A DNA stretch of 64,000 nt from Candidatus Eiseniibacteriota bacterium (GCA_041946735.1 JBHGAY010000002.1:160001-224000); one strand, 5' to 3'. Positions 29,536 through 40,230 are shown, counted from the stretch's first letter. The notes: generated by a model from the sequence alone, not told the origin. Numbers and translations: made by a program.

Positions 29536-30027
29536 TCAGCTCTTGATGCTCATCCCACCGGCGCGTTCGAGGGCGCGCTCGGCCACTTCCTTGCGGTCGT
29601 CGTGGGCGTAGACGCCGATCAGGATGCCGCCCTTCTTGACTTCCTCGGACAGAAACTTCGCTTCGTGCTCCGGGAGCCCCGCGCCGATGAGCGCCCCGAT
29701 CAGCCCTCCGACCGCTCCTCCGGCACCCGCGCCGGCGAGAGCGGCGACGAGCGGCCCCGCTGCGACAAGCCCGACGCCGGGAATGACGACGGCCCCGACG
29801 GCGGCGAGTCCCGCGGCGATCGCTCCGAGAATCCCTCCGGTGATCCCTCCCGTGGTGGCGCCTTCCGCCGCCTTCGTCCCGGTCTCGACCGCGAACTCCC
29901 GGCCTCGCGTCTCGTCGGACATCAGAACGCTGATGTCATCGCGCGAGAAACCGGCATCGACCAGATCCTCCACCGCTTCCGAGGCAGCGGCTCGACTCTT
30001 GAACACTGCGGTTACGATTTTCGCCAT
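29536..30027 (-). CDS. General stress protein (YflT/17M-like, Gly-rich hairpin)
   Basis: AVEDLVDAGFSRDDISVL, glycine-zipper hydrophobic core, GLPEHEA...GGILIGV; GGAGG RBS. Confidence 0.8.
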   Translation of the reverse strand: MAKIVTAVFKSRAAASEAVEDLVDAGFSRDDISVLMSDETRGREFAVETGTKAAEGATTGGITGGILGAIAAGLAAVGAVVIPGVGLVAAGPLVAALAGAGAGGAVGGLIGALIGAGLPEHEAKFLSEEVKKGGILIGVYAHDDRKEVAERALERAGGMSIKS

Positions 30028-30370
30028 CGCTGTCACCTCCGATTGGCGCCGAATGTCGATCGGCGGGGTGTCGCTGCTCCAAGCGGTTTCTCTTGGCGCT
30101 CACTGTCGTTCTCGCGTTTTCGCGTCTCGATCGGGCGCCGTGCTCACGCCGGTGCTCCTGCTGGCGCTGGTAGCTGCTGGCGCTGATGCTCCTGCTCGCT
30201 TTCGCGCGAACACCTGCTTCTACGGCGTCCCGCTTCTCATACTCGCGCTCGTTCTCGTACTCGCGCTCGTTGATACTTGCACTGTAGCAATGGGCTTCTC
30301 GAAAGCGGAAGAAAGGACGGCGGGAATCGCGTGAATCTTTCGTGACGAAATGGATAATCGACGGACCACA

Positions 30371-30410
30371 GAGAACGGCCCGGGGAGCTCTCGCGCCCCG
30401 GGCCGTTCTC
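30371..30410. terminator. Perfect 15-bp stem hairpin, probable terminator of the cupredoxin gene
   Basis: GAGAACGGCCCGGGG-N10-CCCCGGGCCGTTCTC, about 40 bp past the stop at 30452. Confidence 0.6.
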
Positions 30411-30451
30411 GCGCCGGCTGGCCGGCCTCGCCGACTCTTACGCGAAAGGCG

Positions 30452-31117
30452 TCACCTCAGGACGACGAGCTTCTCGGCGGCCGATGCTCCGTCCATCGTC
30501 GCCCGCACGTAGTAGATGCCGCTCGGCACGCGAGCCCCATCGCTCCCCGTGCCGTCCCAGGCCACCGCCTGGCGCCCGGCCGCGAACTCCTGGCTCGCGA
30601 TCGTGGAGACGATGCGGCCGGACGCGTCGATCACGTCGATCTGAACGAGCGAGGACCGAGGCAGGTCGAAACGGATCAGCGTCGAGGGGCCGAACGGATT
30701 AGGCTCCGCCCCGACGATCGCGAAGCGGACCGAGGGAGCGTTCCCCTCGCCGACTCCGGTCGGGCTGCGCTCGACCCGCACGACTGCCCTCATGCCCATC
30801 GCGCAATGCGGGCGGCAGAAGTAGGGAACCCGGTCCGGGCTGTTCTCGTCGAAGACGTAGGTGAAGATCGGCGACGACGCGTTCAGCGCCGTGTCGAACA
30901 TTCCGTCCGGCGTGCACGGAACGCCGGAAGTCACCGTGTGCGAGCCTTGCTCCCACACCCAGTTCACCGTGTCGCCAACCGCAATGCTCAAGCTATCGGG
31001 GACGAACTCGTAATTGAGTACCCGCACCTCGTGGGACGCCGCCGCGACTGCGGTCTGCGCGGCGCCGGCTCCGAGGAGCAAAGGCACAGCAAGCATCCAA
31101 CCATATCGAGTACGCAT
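30452..31117 (-). CDS. Secreted plastocyanin-like cupredoxin with C-terminal FlgD-Ig/CTD-like domain
   Basis: Signal peptide; GDTVNW, SHTV, YFCRPHCAMGM type-1 Cu ligands; PNPF...DASGRIV...WDG...SGIYY tail. Confidence 0.85.
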   Translation of the reverse strand: MRTRYGWMLAVPLLLGAGAAQTAVAAASHEVRVLNYEFVPDSLSIAVGDTVNWVWEQGSHTVTSGVPCTPDGMFDTALNASSPIFTYVFDENSPDRVPYFCRPHCAMGMRAVVRVERSPTGVGEGNAPSVRFAIVGAEPNPFGPSTLIRFDLPRSSLVQIDVIDASGRIVSTIASQEFAAGRQAVAWDGTGSDGARVPSGIYYVRATMDGASAAEKLVVLR

Positions 31118-31357
31118 GGGGCCTCCAGCGTTCTTCGTTTTCGGCTCTCGACTGTTCGATTCCATTTTCGATCGTCGGGGATGTTCTCGCTTCGGAGAGG
31201 AAGCGAGGCGTCCTGGGAGCGGCGGCCCTGGGCTCCTCCGACGGGCCATGCTAGCGGAGCGAGGGTCTTCCGGCCACACGACGCTGGTTCGTGGCAGCTC
31301 CACGCGATGGAGGCGCTGCGGATTCGTTCGCCGCCGGAGCGGAGACCGAACGAAGCG

Positions 31358-32263
31358 TCAGAAGAGGCTGAACTTCACGTACTTCTTCGGGTTCTGCTGG
31401 ATGTCCTGGACGAGACCGCGCGTCTCGCGAACGGTCGCCACCAGCTCTTCATACAGCGCCTCGTCTTGGGAGAGCTTGCCGAGACTCCCATCCCCGTTCT
31501 GGATCCGCTCGGCGATGGTCGCGATCCGGTCGGATGCAGTCCGGAGAGCGACGAGCGTCGAATCGAGCCTCTCGCTCGCCTGCGCCGCGTTCGCCAGCAG
31601 CGTGTCGATGTCGTCCCCGTGCCCGGCCAACATGCGGCGGAGCTCCCGCATCGAGAGGTTCAGGTTTTCGAGGGCCTCCTGCAGGTCCGGGCGGCTTTCG
31701 GTCAAAAGGATCGCCGTCTCACGGCTGATCGTGCGCGTATCCTGAACGATCTCGCGGAACGAGCCGGCTCCCTGCTCGTCGAAGGTCCCCAGCATCGCGT
31801 CCATACGCAAACCGAGGACACGGAACGTTTCCAGCGTCTGCTGCATCTCGGTCATCAGCTGGGGGATTCCGGGCTGGAACGAGCCTTCGAAGACGACCTC
31901 GCTGGGGTCGACGGGAGTTCCCGTTTCCCCCGGATCCACCTGCACGACCTTCTGTCCCATGATCCCGACGTTCTCGATCTCCATCCGGGCGTCGCGATAC
32001 AGCTTCACCCCCTCGTCGAGCGAGAGCGTCACCACGGCCCGCCCCTTCTCGTAGCGGATCGCGGCCACCTGTCCGGAGGAAACGCCCTGCACCTCGATCG
32101 GATCCCCCTTGACGAGGCCGCTCGTCGTCGGAAAGGTCGCGATCACTTCCTGGTTCTTCCCGCCGACACGGAAGTTCTTGAACCAAAGGACGCCGAAGAC
32201 GAGCAGGGCGACCGACAGGACGAAGAGGACTCCCACCTGGATCTGTTGGCTACGTTCCGACAT
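31358..32263 (-). CDS. mlaD: MlaD/MCE family protein
   Basis: N-terminal TM helix, GLVKGDPIEVQGV..GQV, coiled-coil, GSLGKL...NPKKYVKFSLF. Confidence 0.88.
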   Translation of the reverse strand: MSERSQQIQVGVLFVLSVALLVFGVLWFKNFRVGGKNQEVIATFPTTSGLVKGDPIEVQGVSSGQVAAIRYEKGRAVVTLSLDEGVKLYRDARMEIENVGIMGQKVVQVDPGETGTPVDPSEVVFEGSFQPGIPQLMTEMQQTLETFRVLGLRMDAMLGTFDEQGAGSFREIVQDTRTISRETAILLTESRPDLQEALENLNLSMRELRRMLAGHGDDIDTLLANAAQASERLDSTLVALRTASDRIATIAERIQNGDGSLGKLSQDEALYEELVATVRETRGLVQDIQQNPKKYVKFSLF

Positions 32264-32299
32264 TCGACCCTCCTGCGTCTCTCCCTGCGAGCTTCAAGA

Positions 32300-33163
32300 T
32301 CATTCTTCTCCGGCGGGGCCGGCGCCGGACGCGCGCCGGGCGCGCTGCCCGAAACCCCATTGCCATCCGTCACGGCGACGGCCGGATCCGCGGGCGCTCG
32401 AGGCGGGCGAGGACTCTTCGTCGTCCGTCAACGGACCGCGCGCCTCCCCGCGTATGAACTGCTGCACGACCGGGTCCTCCGAGTTGCGGACCTCCTCCGG
32501 GGTTCCGGTGAACCAGATCTTCTGCTCGTGGATGAGGCAGATCCGGTCGGCGACGGTGTAGGCGCTACGCATGTCGTGCGTGACGACGATCGAAGTCGTC
32601 CGGATCTTCTGGCGCAGCTCGACGATCCGCTGGTTGATCTGCTCGGCGGTCACCGGGTCGAGCCCGGTGGTCGGCTCGTCGTACAGCAGGTAGTCCGGAT
32701 CCATCGCGATCGCGCGCGCGAGCCCCACCCGCTTGCGCATCCCTCCGGACAGCTCGGCCGGTTTCTTCGTCTCGATCCCGGGCAGCCCGACCATCTCGAG
32801 CTTCTGCGCGACGATCGCCGCGATCTCCGACTCGCTTCGATTCGTGTGCTCGCGCAGCGCGAGGCCGACGTTCTGGCCGACCGTCATCGAATCGAAGAGC
32901 GCCGCCATCTGGAACAGCATTCCAAAGCGACGGCGCAGCGCGGCAAGCTCGTCGTACCCCATCTTCGTCACGTCCTCGCCGTCCACGAGGATCGAGCCCG
33001 AGTCGGATCGCATCAACCCGATCACGAGCTTCAGCAGCACGCTCTTCCCGCTTCCCGATCGGCCGAGAACCACCATCGTCTCGCCCGTCCGGACCGTCAG
33101 GTTCACGTGGTCGAGCACCGTGTGACTCCCGAAGCTCTTGCACAGGTCGCGAATCTCGATCAC
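32300..33163 (-). CDS. mlaF: MlaF-type ABC ATPase
   Basis: GRSGSGKS, LSGGMRKRVGLARA, YDEPTTGLDP, VTHD. Confidence 0.92.
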   Translation of the reverse strand: MIEIRDLCKSFGSHTVLDHVNLTVRTGETMVVLGRSGSGKSVLLKLVIGLMRSDSGSILVDGEDVTKMGYDELAALRRRFGMLFQMAALFDSMTVGQNVGLALREHTNRSESEIAAIVAQKLEMVGLPGIETKKPAELSGGMRKRVGLARAIAMDPDYLLYDEPTTGLDPVTAEQINQRIVELRQKIRTTSIVVTHDMRSAYTVADRICLIHEQKIWFTGTPEEVRNSEDPVVQQFIRGEARGPLTDDEESSPASSARGSGRRRDGWQWGFGQRARRASGAGPAGEE

Positions 33164-33194
33164 GATTCGATCCCCCGCTTCCGCATTCCACGGC

Positions 33195-33998
33195 TCATTG
33201 GGGGGGGAAGATCAGGCGGAAGATCACTTCCGCCAGGAAGTAATCGGCCACGAGGATCATCACGCAGCTCGCGACAACCGCCTTCGTCGTGACCTGTCCC
33301 ACCCCTTCGGCTCCGTTGCCGGTGTAGAAGCCGTTGAAGCAGCCCGCGATGGCGATCACGGCGCCGAACACGAAGGACTTGATCAATCCTCCATAGATGT
33401 CATGGATGTCGAACAGGAAACGCATGCCGCGTGTGAACGTCGACGCGGAGAGGCCGATGCGGGTGACGGCGACCAGCATGCCTCCGAGGATCGCGATGGC
33501 GTCGGCGAAGATGGTGATGAGCGGCAGCATCACGACTGCGGCGACGAATCGCGGAACGACCAGGTAGCGGACGGGCCGGATCGCAAGGGTCTCGAGCGCG
33601 TCGATCTGCTCGGTCACGCGCATCGTTCCGATCTCCGCCGCGAAGGAGGCGCCGACCCGGGCGCCGACGACGAGCGCGGTGAGGACCGGGCCGAGCTCGA
33701 TCACCACCGATTTGGCGATGACCGTTCCGACGAAGATGAGGGGGATCGTCCCTTGGAACTGATAGGAGCTCTGCAGCGAGGCGACTCCCCCGACGAACAG
33801 CGAGGTGAGGAAGACGAGCGGGAGCGACTGGTTTCCCACGAACCGCGCTTGCTCGAAGATCAACCGTACGTAGCGAAGGCCGGGGGGCAACTCGCGTAGG
33901 AACCGGGCCAGGAACAGAGCGAACCGGCCGGAGCCGGCGAGAAACCCGAGGATCCAGCCTCCGATCGTCGCGAAGATGCCCTGGAGCGCGGCTCTCAT
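33195..33998 (-). CDS. mlaE: MlaE-type ABC permease
   Basis: ELGPVLTAL, AEIGTMRVTEQIDAL, YLVVPR, GAEGVG. Confidence 0.92.
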   Translation of the reverse strand: MRAALQGIFATIGGWILGFLAGSGRFALFLARFLRELPPGLRYVRLIFEQARFVGNQSLPLVFLTSLFVGGVASLQSSYQFQGTIPLIFVGTVIAKSVVIELGPVLTALVVGARVGASFAAEIGTMRVTEQIDALETLAIRPVRYLVVPRFVAAVVMLPLITIFADAIAILGGMLVAVTRIGLSASTFTRGMRFLFDIHDIYGGLIKSFVFGAVIAIAGCFNGFYTGNGAEGVGQVTTKAVVASCVMILVADYFLAEVIFRLIFPPQ

Positions 33999-34250
33999 AC
34001 CCCGACGGTACCTGCAAACCGGCGAGGCGGGAATGCCGGGACGCTCCCGGCCGGACGTCCGGGCGCCCCTGCACGACGGAGGCGCTCCCCGAAAGGTGCA
34101 GCGGGTGCGTCGCCCCGCCGGCGGCCGCGCCTCCATGCGGGCGGCCAGCGCACGCTACGAACGTTCGCCATTGGCGCCCGGCGCAGAGAGTGCGCGGCGC
34201 CGCGCCTCGAGAGGCGCGCGCCGGCCCCGGACCCGGTGCGCGGCCGGATC

Positions 34251-35357
34251 CTAGCCTTCCTCTCGCTCGGGACTGTCCAGACGGAAGAAGTTGCTCATCG
34301 TCCCGTCCTTCATCGTCTCCTGGAAGAGGAAGACCAGTTCGCGGTCATCGAAGACCCGTAGCCACTCGTCCCAGTCGATCCGGCGGAGATTGCCTCCGCC
34401 ATAGTCGGGGAAGTCGAAGCGCAGCACGCGGACCTCCTCGCCGTCGCTTCCGACGGTCGCAGGCTGAGCGCCGCGCTCCCCGGCCCATGCCTGGATCACC
34501 TCGTGCGACCGGGTCGCCAGGGTCTGCCCTGGGCGGTCGGCATGCTCGTCGCCGGTGTGAACCCACTTCGCGCGCTGCGCCGTCCGCGAAAGGCCGCCGC
34601 GGTTCTCGTCGAGGAAGCGCCGCTCCTCTGCGGTCGCGTTCTGCGCGCCGGTCCGCTCGCCGCCGCCGGCCGCTCCCCGCGACGTCGATGTCGATCTGCG
34701 CGGCGCCGCAGCCGGCCGGCGGCCGGCGCCCCGTCCACTCGCCCGCCTCGCCGTCGTTCCGCTCGTGGAGCGACGAGGCGTCGAGCGCGACGTCGCAGCC
34801 GTCGTCTTCTTCTTGCGCGCCGGCGCGCGGGTCGTCTTCTTGCGCGAGCGACCCTCCGCCGTCGTGCCACGCTTCGTCGTGCCGCGCTTCGCGGAGCGCC
34901 GCGTCCGCCCCTCGCCTTCCGAGCGGCGAGTCGAGGAGTCCGAGGCCTCGGGCCCGGAAGCCTTGCGGGTGGACTCCTTGCGGGTCCCGGCGCTGGAGCG
35001 GTTGCCGCGCCCGTTTCGCGCCCCGCCCGTCTTGCGAGCGCCAGTCCTGCGAGCGGCCGTCTTGCGAGCGGCGGTCCTCCGAGCCCCGGTCTTGCGAGCC
35101 GCGGTCTTCCGCGCGCCGGTCTTGCGAGAACCGGTCTTGCGCGCCGCGGCCCTCCGTGTGCCTCCCGCCTTCTTCGCGGCCGGCCCCTTCTTCGCGGCGG
35201 GCCGGCTTCTGGCGGGACGGCTCTCGCCTTCCTCGCTGCGCTCGGTCTGACGGGTACGCGAGCGGGAGCTCTTCGCGCCCGTGGTCTTGCGGGATGCGGT
35301 CTTGCGCGCCCCACGGGCCGTCCGTCCGGTCCTCTTCTCCTGCTCTTGATCTGCCAT
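34251..35357 (-). CDS. Histone H1/Hc2-like Lys/Arg-rich protein with conserved C-terminal globular domain
   Basis: GAGG RBS; ARKTG/ARRTA pentapeptide repeats; C-terminal TRSHEVIQAWAGERGAQPATV...LRFDF...IDWDEW...FLFQ...SNF. Confidence 0.8.
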   Translation of the reverse strand: MADQEQEKRTGRTARGARKTASRKTTGAKSSRSRTRQTERSEEGESRPARSRPAAKKGPAAKKAGGTRRAAARKTGSRKTGARKTAARKTGARRTAARKTAARRTGARKTGGARNGRGNRSSAGTRKESTRKASGPEASDSSTRRSEGEGRTRRSAKRGTTKRGTTAEGRSRKKTTRAPARKKKTTAATSRSTPRRSTSGTTARRASGRGAGRRPAAAPRRSTSTSRGAAGGGERTGAQNATAEERRFLDENRGGLSRTAQRAKWVHTGDEHADRPGQTLATRSHEVIQAWAGERGAQPATVGSDGEEVRVLRFDFPDYGGGNLRRIDWDEWLRVFDDRELVFLFQETMKDGTMSNFFRLDSPEREEG

Positions 35358-35792
35358 GGGAACACCTCTCTCTCTCTCTCGATCGCCTCCGGTTTGCGGG
35401 ATGTGGCGGCCCGGAGCGGTCCCGCGATCGATGCGCTGGAGATCGGGACCGTGATTCGATTCAAGTACGCGCGGCTTCGATGCGCCAAGGGAAAAGCGCT
35501 GGAACGCTCCCCGTGAAGTCGATGTCACGGAGGACGGCGAGGCGCACGCGGCCCCTCGCGGGCCAGCAGCAGCAGCAGCGGCGAAAGCTGCAGCGGCAGC
35601 CGCAACGACGCGGGCGTAGAGCGACCGGATGTCCTGCGCTCGCGCCGCGCCGCGCGTGGTGCTCCGCTCGCGCGGTGCGGCGCGGGCCCTCAGGAAATCC
35701 CGCCGCCGTTCGGCTACCATGGACTCGGCCGCGCCGGCACCCACGACAGCGCCGGCACGCGAGGGCGCAACCGCTCGGAAAGGATGAGGCGC

Positions 35793-38474
35793 ATGGATTC
35801 CTTGAACTCGTTCGGCACCCGCAGGAGCCTCGCGGTCGAAGGCGAGGCGTACACGATCCATGGACTGTCGCGATTGCAGGAGCTCGGCTACCCGGTCGCT
35901 CGCCTGCCCTTCGCGCTGAAGGTCCTCCTCGAAAACCTCCTCCGCCTCGAGGACGGCAGATCGGTCACGCGGGAGACGATCGAGGCGCTCGCCCGCTGGG
36001 ACGGCAAGCGGACGGAGGGGCCGCAGATCCCGTTCCTGCCGGCGCGCGTGCTTCTGCAGGACTTCACCGGCGTGCCGGTGGTCGTCGACCTCGCCGCCAT
36101 GCGAGACGCCGTCGCCCGCATGGGGGGCGATCCGTCCCGGGTGAATCCGCTTCTCCCCGTCGATCTCGTCATCGACCATTCCGTCTCCGTCGACTTCTTC
36201 GGGACGCCGGAGGCGTTCGGCCGCAACATCGAAAGGGAGTTCGAGCGCAACGGGGAGCGCTACGCGTTCCTGCGCTGGGGCCAGAAGGCGTTCACGAACT
36301 TCCGGGTCGTGCCGCCGGGCACAGGCATTTGCCATCAGGTGAATCTCGAGTACCTCTCCTCGGTCGTCGTCGCTCATGAGGACGGCGGAGGGAGGGTGGC
36401 GCTCCCGGACACGCTCGTAGGGACGGACAGCCACACGACGATGGTCAACGGGCTCGGAGTCCTCGGATGGGGCGTCGGAGGGATCGAGGCGGAGGCGGCG
36501 ATGCTCGGCCAGCCGTTCGACCTTCCGTTCCCGCAGGTCGTCGGATTCAAGCTGCACGGCACGCTGCCGGCCGGATCCACGGCGACCGATCTCGTCCTCA
36601 CCGTCACGCAGATGCTCCGCAAGAAGGGGGTCGTGGGACGGCTCGTGGAGTACTACGGCCCGGGACTCTCCTCTCTCTCGCTCCCCGACCGCGCGGTGAT
36701 CGCCAATATGTCGCCCGAGTACGGCGCGACATGCGGTCTCTTCCCGATCGACGAGGTGACGCTCTCCTACCTCCGCATGAGCGGACGATCGGCCCGTAAC
36801 GTGGCGCTCGTCGAGGCGTACGCGCGCGAGCAGGGAATGTTCCGGACCGACGCCTCTCCCGATCCGGTCTTCACCGACACCCTGGAGCTCGACTTGGGCT
36901 CGGTCGTCCCGAGCGTCGCGGGCCCCCGGCGTCCCCAGGACCGGGTTCCCCTCGGCGGACTGAAGGAGCACTGGAAGGAGGCGCTGCCGGCGCTTCGGCG
37001 GCCGACCTCGAAGGCGCCCGAGAAGGAGCACGGCGACGTCGTGATCGCCGCCATCACCTCCTGTACGAACACGTCGAACCCCTCGGTGATGCTCGGGGCC
37101 GGGCTCCTCGCGAAGAAGGCGGTGGAGCGCGGACTCACGACGAAGCCGTGGGTGAAGACGAGCCTCGCTCCCGGATCGAAGGTCGTGACCGACTACCTCC
37201 GCGAAGCCGGGCTGATCGCACCGCTCGCGGCGCTGAACTTCCATCTCGTCGGCTACGGCTGCACGACCTGTATCGGCAACAGCGGCCCGCTTCCCGAGGA
37301 GCAGAGCCGCGCGATCCGGGAGAAGGAGCTGGTGGCCGTCTCCGTGCTTTCGGGCAACCGGAACTTCGAGGGCCGCATCAATCCCGACGTTCGCGCGAAC
37401 TACCTCGCAAGCCCTCCGCTCGTCGTCGCGTTCGCTCTGGCGGGACGGATCGACATCGATCTCTATCACGATCCCATCGGCAAGGATCGTTCGGGGAAAG
37501 ACGTTTTCCTGCGGGAGATCTGGCCGACGCCGCAGGAGATCGCGGAGGTGATGGCCGGGACGGTGCATGCCTCGATGTTCCGCGACGCCTACGCCGACGT
37601 CTTCACCGGCGACGACCGCTGGCGCGCCCTGCCTGTCCCGGAGGGCAGCCTCTATCGATGGGATCCGAGCTCGACCTACGTGCAGAACCCGCCGTTCTTC
37701 GATGGCATGGCCCGCACGCCTCGGCCCGTGCCTCCGATCGCCGGCGCGCGTGTTCTCGCGCTGCTCGGCGACTCGATCACGACCGATCACATCTCGCCCG
37801 CCGGGTCGATCTCGCCTTCGTCGCCGGCCGGGCGCTACCTGACCGAGCGCGCGATCGAGCCGCGCGACTGGAACTCCTACGGCTCCCGGCGGGGCAATCA
37901 CGAGGTGATGATGCGCGGGACGTTCGCGAACGTCCGGCTGCGGAACCAGATGGTGGACGTCGAGGGAGGCTTCACGCTCCACCTCCCGGACGGCGAGAAG
38001 ATGTCGATCTACGACGCGGCGATGCGCTACGCCTCGGAGCAGGTGCCGCTTCTCGTGATCGGCGGCAAGGAGTACGGCTCGGGCTCTTCGCGCGACTGGG
38101 CGGCGAAGGGGCCGGCGTTGCTCGGCGTCCGAGCGGTCCTGGCCGAATCGTACGAGCGGATCCACCGGAGCAACCTGATCGGCATGGGGATTCTGCCGCT
38201 GCAGTTTCTCGAGGGACAATCCGCCGCCTCGCTGGGCTTGACCGGCCGCGAGCGCTACACGATCCACGGGATCGATACGCTGACCGCCGGGTCGACGATC
38301 GAGGTGACGGTCGAGGCGGACGGGGCGCCGGGCGCGACAGCGACGGGCGCGACGCCGGGCGCTGCAAGCGGGGCAAGGAGTTTCCAGGCTCGTGCGCGGA
38401 TCGACTCTCCGATCGAGCTGGAGTACTACAAGAACGGCGGCATCCTGCCGTACGTCCTCCGGCACATGATGTAG
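35793..38474 (+). CDS. acnA: Aconitate hydratase A
   Basis: [55 protein letters not shown]. Confidence 0.97.
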   Translation: MDSLNSFGTRRSLAVEGEAYTIHGLSRLQELGYPVARLPFALKVLLENLLRLEDGRSVTRETIEALARWDGKRTEGPQIPFLPARVLLQDFTGVPVVVDLAAMRDAVARMGGDPSRVNPLLPVDLVIDHSVSVDFFGTPEAFGRNIEREFERNGERYAFLRWGQKAFTNFRVVPPGTGICHQVNLEYLSSVVVAHEDGGGRVALPDTLVGTDSHTTMVNGLGVLGWGVGGIEAEAAMLGQPFDLPFPQVVGFKLHGTLPAGSTATDLVLTVTQMLRKKGVVGRLVEYYGPGLSSLSLPDRAVIANMSPEYGATCGLFPIDEVTLSYLRMSGRSARNVALVEAYAREQGMFRTDASPDPVFTDTLELDLGSVVPSVAGPRRPQDRVPLGGLKEHWKEALPALRRPTSKAPEKEHGDVVIAAITSCTNTSNPSVMLGAGLLAKKAVERGLTTKPWVKTSLAPGSKVVTDYLREAGLIAPLAALNFHLVGYGCTTCIGNSGPLPEEQSRAIREKELVAVSVLSGNRNFEGRINPDVRANYLASPPLVVAFALAGRIDIDLYHDPIGKDRSGKDVFLREIWPTPQEIAEVMAGTVHASMFRDAYADVFTGDDRWRALPVPEGSLYRWDPSSTYVQNPPFFDGMARTPRPVPPIAGARVLALLGDSITTDHISPAGSISPSSPAGRYLTERAIEPRDWNSYGSRRGNHEVMMRGTFANVRLRNQMVDVEGGFTLHLPDGEKMSIYDAAMRYASEQVPLLVIGGKEYGSGSSRDWAAKGPALLGVRAVLAESYERIHRSNLIGMGILPLQFLEGQSAASLGLTGRERYTIHGIDTLTAGSTIEVTVEADGAPGATATGATPGAASGARSFQARARIDSPIELEYYKNGGILPYVLRHMM

Positions 38475-38511
38475 AGGATCGCCGGCAGCGGCGAGAGCGC
38501 GAGACGTGCGG

Positions 38512-38547
38512 GGCGGCGCCGGAGAGCCGGCGCCGCCTCTGTTTCTT
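38512..38547 (+). terminator. Intrinsic terminator after acnA
   Basis: 11-bp stem GGCGGCGCCGG/CCGGCGCCGCC, 4-nt loop, T-rich tail. Confidence 0.65.
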
Positions 38548-38559
38548 GGGACGGGTTCT

Positions 38560-38721
38560 CTACTCCGGAATCGTGTAGCGCTTCTCGATCTCCTCGCGGA
38601 TCCGCCGGCGCGATTCGCGCGCGCCGGTCGGAGCAGGCGCCGGCCGCCCGGACGCGCGGGCGGAGGCGGCCAGCGTCGCGTCGGGGGCATCGCCGAACGC
38701 AAGGACCGTGTCGATCCTCAT
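38560..38721 (-). pseudogene. Possible gene remnant or short ORF ending ESRRRIREEIEKRYTIPE
   Basis: Protein-like C-terminal helix that resembles (from memory) the end of large HAD-IIB hydrolase fusion proteins; no upstream body. Confidence 0.25.
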
Positions 38722-38738
38722 CTCCTGAGCAGAGGAGA

Positions 38739-39890
38739 TCAAAGGAAGAGGAATCCGAGCGCGATGATGACGTAGACGATGACGAGCTGGGCTCCCTCGA
38801 GCCAGCTCGACTCGCCGTCGCCGGAGATGTGACCGGCGATCAACGCGGCGAGCCCGAGCGCGACGACCTCGTACGGGTGGAAGAAGAGAGTCAGCTCGGA
38901 GCCGAAGAAGAGAGAGACGAAGACGAGGACGGGGCCGACGAACAGCGCGATCTGCATCGAGGATTCGAGCGCGACCGCGAGAGCGAGATCCATTCGGTTC
39001 TTGTACGCCTGCTGCACCGCGACCAGGTGCTCCGCCACGTTGCCGACGAGCGGGATCAAGACGGCGCCGAGGAAGAGCTCGGAGAATCCCGCCGCCTCCC
39101 GCACCGTCTCGATCGCGTCGACCAGGTATTCGCTCAGGAAGGCGATGAACACCGTCGCGACGGCGAGGACCCCGATTGAGCGCCGCACGCTCCATCGCGC
39201 ATGGGGTTTGTCGCCGGCCTCCGCTTCCGCTTCCGCCGTTTCTCCTGCAGGCGCTCTCGCCGGAGCCGCCGCCCCTTCCGCGGTTTCTTTCGCCGTTCCC
39301 GCCGCTGCGACGGTGGCCCCTCCGCCCGTGTACGTATAGATCAGCGTGAGAACGTAGACGATGATGAGCGCCGCGGCCACGCCGAGGCTCAGCTTGTCCA
39401 GACTCGGATCGGCGGCCGCCAGATGGAACGTCTCGCCCCGCTCGATCTCATGCAGGACGGCGAACAGCGTCGGGACGACGAGGCCGGCGACCGCGAGCAT
39501 CATCATGGAGGCGGAGAGGCTCGCAACGTCCCGCTGGAACGTCTGCCTACCGTTGCGGAGCCCGCCGGCGAGGAAGCTGATTCCGAGAATCAGCAGGAGA
39601 TTGCCAAGGATCGAGCCGGTGATCGATGCCTTGACGATCGCGAACTCGCCCCCCTTGAGGATGAAGATCCCCAGGATCAGCTCCGCCGCGTTCCCCAGGC
39701 TCGCGTTCAGCAGACCTCCGATGCGTGGACCTGCGCGATCGGCAAGCGCCTCGGTCCCTTCGGCCAGCAGTCCCGAGAGCGGCACGAGACCGAGGGCCGA
39801 GGCGAGGAACAGGAGGATCTCGTTGTGGACCGCGAAACGGAACAGGAAGGCGAGCGGAACGAAGACCAGCAGGACTCGCAACTTCTTCAT
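38739..39890 (-). CDS. cax: Ca2+/H+ exchanger (CAX/ChaA family)
   Basis: GNAAE and GNVAEH alpha-repeats, GSILGNLLL, SSMQIAL, WLEGAQL. Confidence 0.92.
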   Translation of the reverse strand: MKKLRVLLVFVPLAFLFRFAVHNEILLFLASALGLVPLSGLLAEGTEALADRAGPRIGGLLNASLGNAAELILGIFILKGGEFAIVKASITGSILGNLLLILGISFLAGGLRNGRQTFQRDVASLSASMMMLAVAGLVVPTLFAVLHEIERGETFHLAAADPSLDKLSLGVAAALIIVYVLTLIYTYTGGGATVAAAGTAKETAEGAAAPARAPAGETAEAEAEAGDKPHARWSVRRSIGVLAVATVFIAFLSEYLVDAIETVREAAGFSELFLGAVLIPLVGNVAEHLVAVQQAYKNRMDLALAVALESSMQIALFVGPVLVFVSLFFGSELTLFFHPYEVVALGLAALIAGHISGDGESSWLEGAQLVIVYVIIALGFLFL

Positions 39891-40230
39891 TCGCCCCTCC
39901 GATTCCTGGCCATGGGAACGCTTGCGAACATTCGACCGCCCGGACGAGCCGTCGTCGTCGTGCCCGCGTCCGCAGCGCCGTGTGGCGCATCGTAACGGCA
40001 GCGAGGGTTTTTCGCGAGATCCGAGGGCTGCGGGCCGGCGCCGGATCCGAATTCCTTTGTTTCGCGCCTCCTGCACCTTTCACGATCGGAGCAGGAGACG
40101 AGACGAAGCGGGCCCGGGGAGGCGACGAGAGCCCGGGCGCGAGCGAGCCACCGGTACGGCGCCTTCGATCCCTTCACGGCGCTCGCTTGCAGCGGCATCC
40201 GAAGAGGGGATCGAGAACGAGGAGCAAGCG

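Noticed and set aside
34251..38702. 1483-aa minus-strand ORF
   Set aside because: Most of it is the antisense shadow of acnA; only 34251-35357 has an RBS and protein-like sequence
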